53,381 bases of DNA, taken from assembly GCA_002189035.1 (NCBI GenBank), contig NEEC01000244.1, forward strand, positions 1-53,381. The letters are read 5' to 3'. The notes below the pieces were generated by a model that saw nothing but the letters and a program-made list of their open reading frames with translations, made no database searches and was not told where the DNA came from. The DNA is from Utricularia gibba. Taxonomy: Eukaryota > Plantae > Magnoliophyta. Numbering within the stretch: the stretch's first letter is position 1; every line of letters begins with the position of its first letter. Shown here piece after piece: positions 51,801 to 53,381 of the stretch. A program made the position numbers and the translations under genes.

Positions 51801-53381
51801 AATGACTATGGGCCGAGCCCGACCCGACCTCCGGCCCGATCCTGGTGCCCTCGAGAGCGCCTCCTCAAATATAAAGCTTGTGGACAAGAAAACCATTTGG
51901 GGTGCTCATGACATCCTAACTTCAAAAAATGCATCACGATTTTCGTCGAATAGGACCCATTGGGCTCAGGAGTCGAACAGAACCTTGGGTCCGGACGAAC
52001 TTCCAACAAAGCACCCACCCAAAACGACAAGCTTTTCCTTCAGAACCATGTAGGCAGCTGCCGAAAACCCAACGTTTATAAATGGATCACTTTTTTTGCC
52101 GGGCTACAAATGACTATGGGGCCGAGCCCGACCTGACCTCCGGCCCGATCCTAGTGCCCCTCGAGAGCGCCTCCTCAAATATAAAGCTTGTGGACAAGAA
52201 AACCATTTGGGGTGCTCATGACATCCTAACTTCAAAAAATGCATCACGATTTTCGTCGAATAGGACCCCATTGGCTCAGGAGTCGAACCGAACCTTGGGT
52301 CCGGACGAAGTTCCCAACAAAAAAGCACCCACCCAAAAACGACAAGCTTTTCCTTCAGAAACCATGTAGGCAGCTGCCGAAAACCCAACGTTAATAAATG
52401 GATCACTTTTTTTGCCGGGCTACAAATGACTATGGGCCCGAGCCCGACCGACCTCCGGCCCGATCCTAGTGCCCCTCGAGAGCGCCTCCTCAAATATAAA
52501 GCTTGTGGATGAGAAAACCATTTGGGGTGCTCATGACATCCTAACTTCAAAAAATGCATCACGATTTTCGTCGAATAGGACCCATTGGGCTCAGGAGTCG
52601 AACCGAACCTTGGGTCCGGACGAATTCCAACAACAGCACCCACCCAAAAACGACAAGCTTTTCCTTCAGAAACCATGTAGGCAGCTGCCGAAAACCCAAC
52701 GTTAATAATGGATCACTTTTTTTGCCGGGCTACAAATGACTATGGGCCCGAGTCGACCTGACCTCCGGCCCGATCCTAGTGCCCCTCGAGAGCGCCTCCT
52801 CAAATAAAAAGCATGTGGTTGAGAAAACCATTTGGGTGCTCATGACATCCTAACTTCAAAAAATGCATCACGATTTTCGTCGAATAGGACCCGATTGGGC
52901 TCAGGAGTCGAACCGAACCTTGGGTCCGGACGAATTCCAACAACAGCACCCACCCAAAAACGACAAGCTTTTCCTTCAGAAACCATGTAGGCAGTGCCGA
53001 AAACCCAACGTTAATAAATGGATCACTTTTTTTGCCGGGCTACAAATGACTATGGGGCCGAGCCCGACCTGACCTCCGGCCGATCCTAGTGCCCCTCGAG
53101 AGCGCCTCCTCAAATATAAAGCTTGTGGACAAGAAAACCATTTGGGGTGCCATGACATCCTAACTTCAAAAAATGCATCACGATTTTCGTCGAATAGGAC
53201 CCATTGGGCTCAAGAGTCGAACCGAACCTTGGGTCCGGACGAATTCCAACAAAAGCACCCCCCAAAAACGACAAGCTTTTCCTTCAGAAACCATGTAGGC
53301 AGCTGCCGAAAACCCAACGTTAATAAATGGATCACTTTTTTTGCCGGGCTACAAATGACTATGGGCCCGAGCCCGACCCGA

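Larger units (their letters stand above)
1..53381. repeat. Tandem satellite DNA array, ~307-315 bp monomer, about 173 complete copies, all in the same orientation
   Basis: The anchor AATAAATGGATCA recurs every ~300-315 bp from 168 to 53327 (168, 478, 788, 1098, 1401 ... 53018, 53327). Conserved blocks (CCCTCGAGAGCGCCTCCTCAAAT, GCTCATGACATCCTAACTTCAA, GACAAGCTTTTCCTTCAGAAA, GGCAGCTGCCGAAAACCCAACGTT) recur in nearly every period. I saw no unrelated intervening sequence. Confidence 0.99.
19031..53381. repeat. Right sub-array (subfamily with TTCAAAAAATGC at the A/B junction)
   Basis: TTCAAAAA(A)TGC is present from ~19177 onward (exceptions near 37066, 40124, 46043, 47280, 50686). GGACAAG, CCCATTGGG, GGACGAA and CAACAAAG alleles are common. 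Confidence 0.88.

Noticed and set aside
51-53158. Hundreds of 60-204 aa ORFs on both strands (e.g. GAHDILTS, MIHLLTLGFRQLPT motifs)
   Set aside because: They are translations of the same repeat in shifting frames. Their lengths depend on random indels, plus-strand frames are repeatedly closed by ATGTAG and TTAATAA, and I recognise no protein domain. There is no frame preservation.
1-53381. CRISPR-like alternation of conserved and variable blocks
   Set aside because: The variable segments are alleles of one sequence rather than unique spacers, the period is ~310 bp, and there are no cas genes.
1-53381. Rolling-circle concatemer of one small circular DNA or viroid-like RNA
   Set aside because: The copies carry linked, position-dependent haplotypes, HORs and domain boundaries. 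Repeated reading of a single template would not produce these.
1-53381. rDNA intergenic-spacer or 5S rDNA repeat
   Set aside because: I recognise no rRNA coding segment or Pol III internal A/C boxes, and 53 kb without an rRNA gene does not fit a spacer subrepeat.
1-53381. Transposon insertions or orientation switches within the array
   Set aside because: The anchor recurs on the plus strand at every expected position. The longest period is 351 bp, which leaves no room for foreign sequence or an inverted block.

Overview
The whole 53,381-bp window is one uninterrupted, head-to-tail, single-orientation tandem satellite array. I counted about 173 complete monomers between 168 and 53326, plus partial copies at both ends. 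The longest intact monomer is 315 bp (e.g. 3564-3878, ~50% GC). The mean period is ~307 bp because of deletion variants and frequent 1-nt homopolymer losses. I found no protein-coding gene, RNA gene, transposon, CRISPR array, telomere tract or inversion, and every ORF in the track is a by-product of the repeat. I see no new gene system here; the notable biology is array architecture. (1) The monomer is an ancient dimer of 157- and 158-bp subunits (~58% identical by hand alignment). (2) Monomer haplotypes switch sharply near 19.0 kb. (3) There are local higher-order repeats: a loose 2-mer, a 7-mer duplication, a decaying 5-mer and a 4-mer. (4) A monomer with a 25-bp deletion between two TTGGG repeats has been amplified across 30.8-44.1 kb. 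(5) Rare alleles are shared by the two flanks of that zone. The sequence looks like noisy long-read data, so single-copy variants are unreliable, whereas linked recurrent variants are credible. The organism and the chromosomal position (centromeric or subtelomeric) cannot be established from the sequence alone. All counts are manual.
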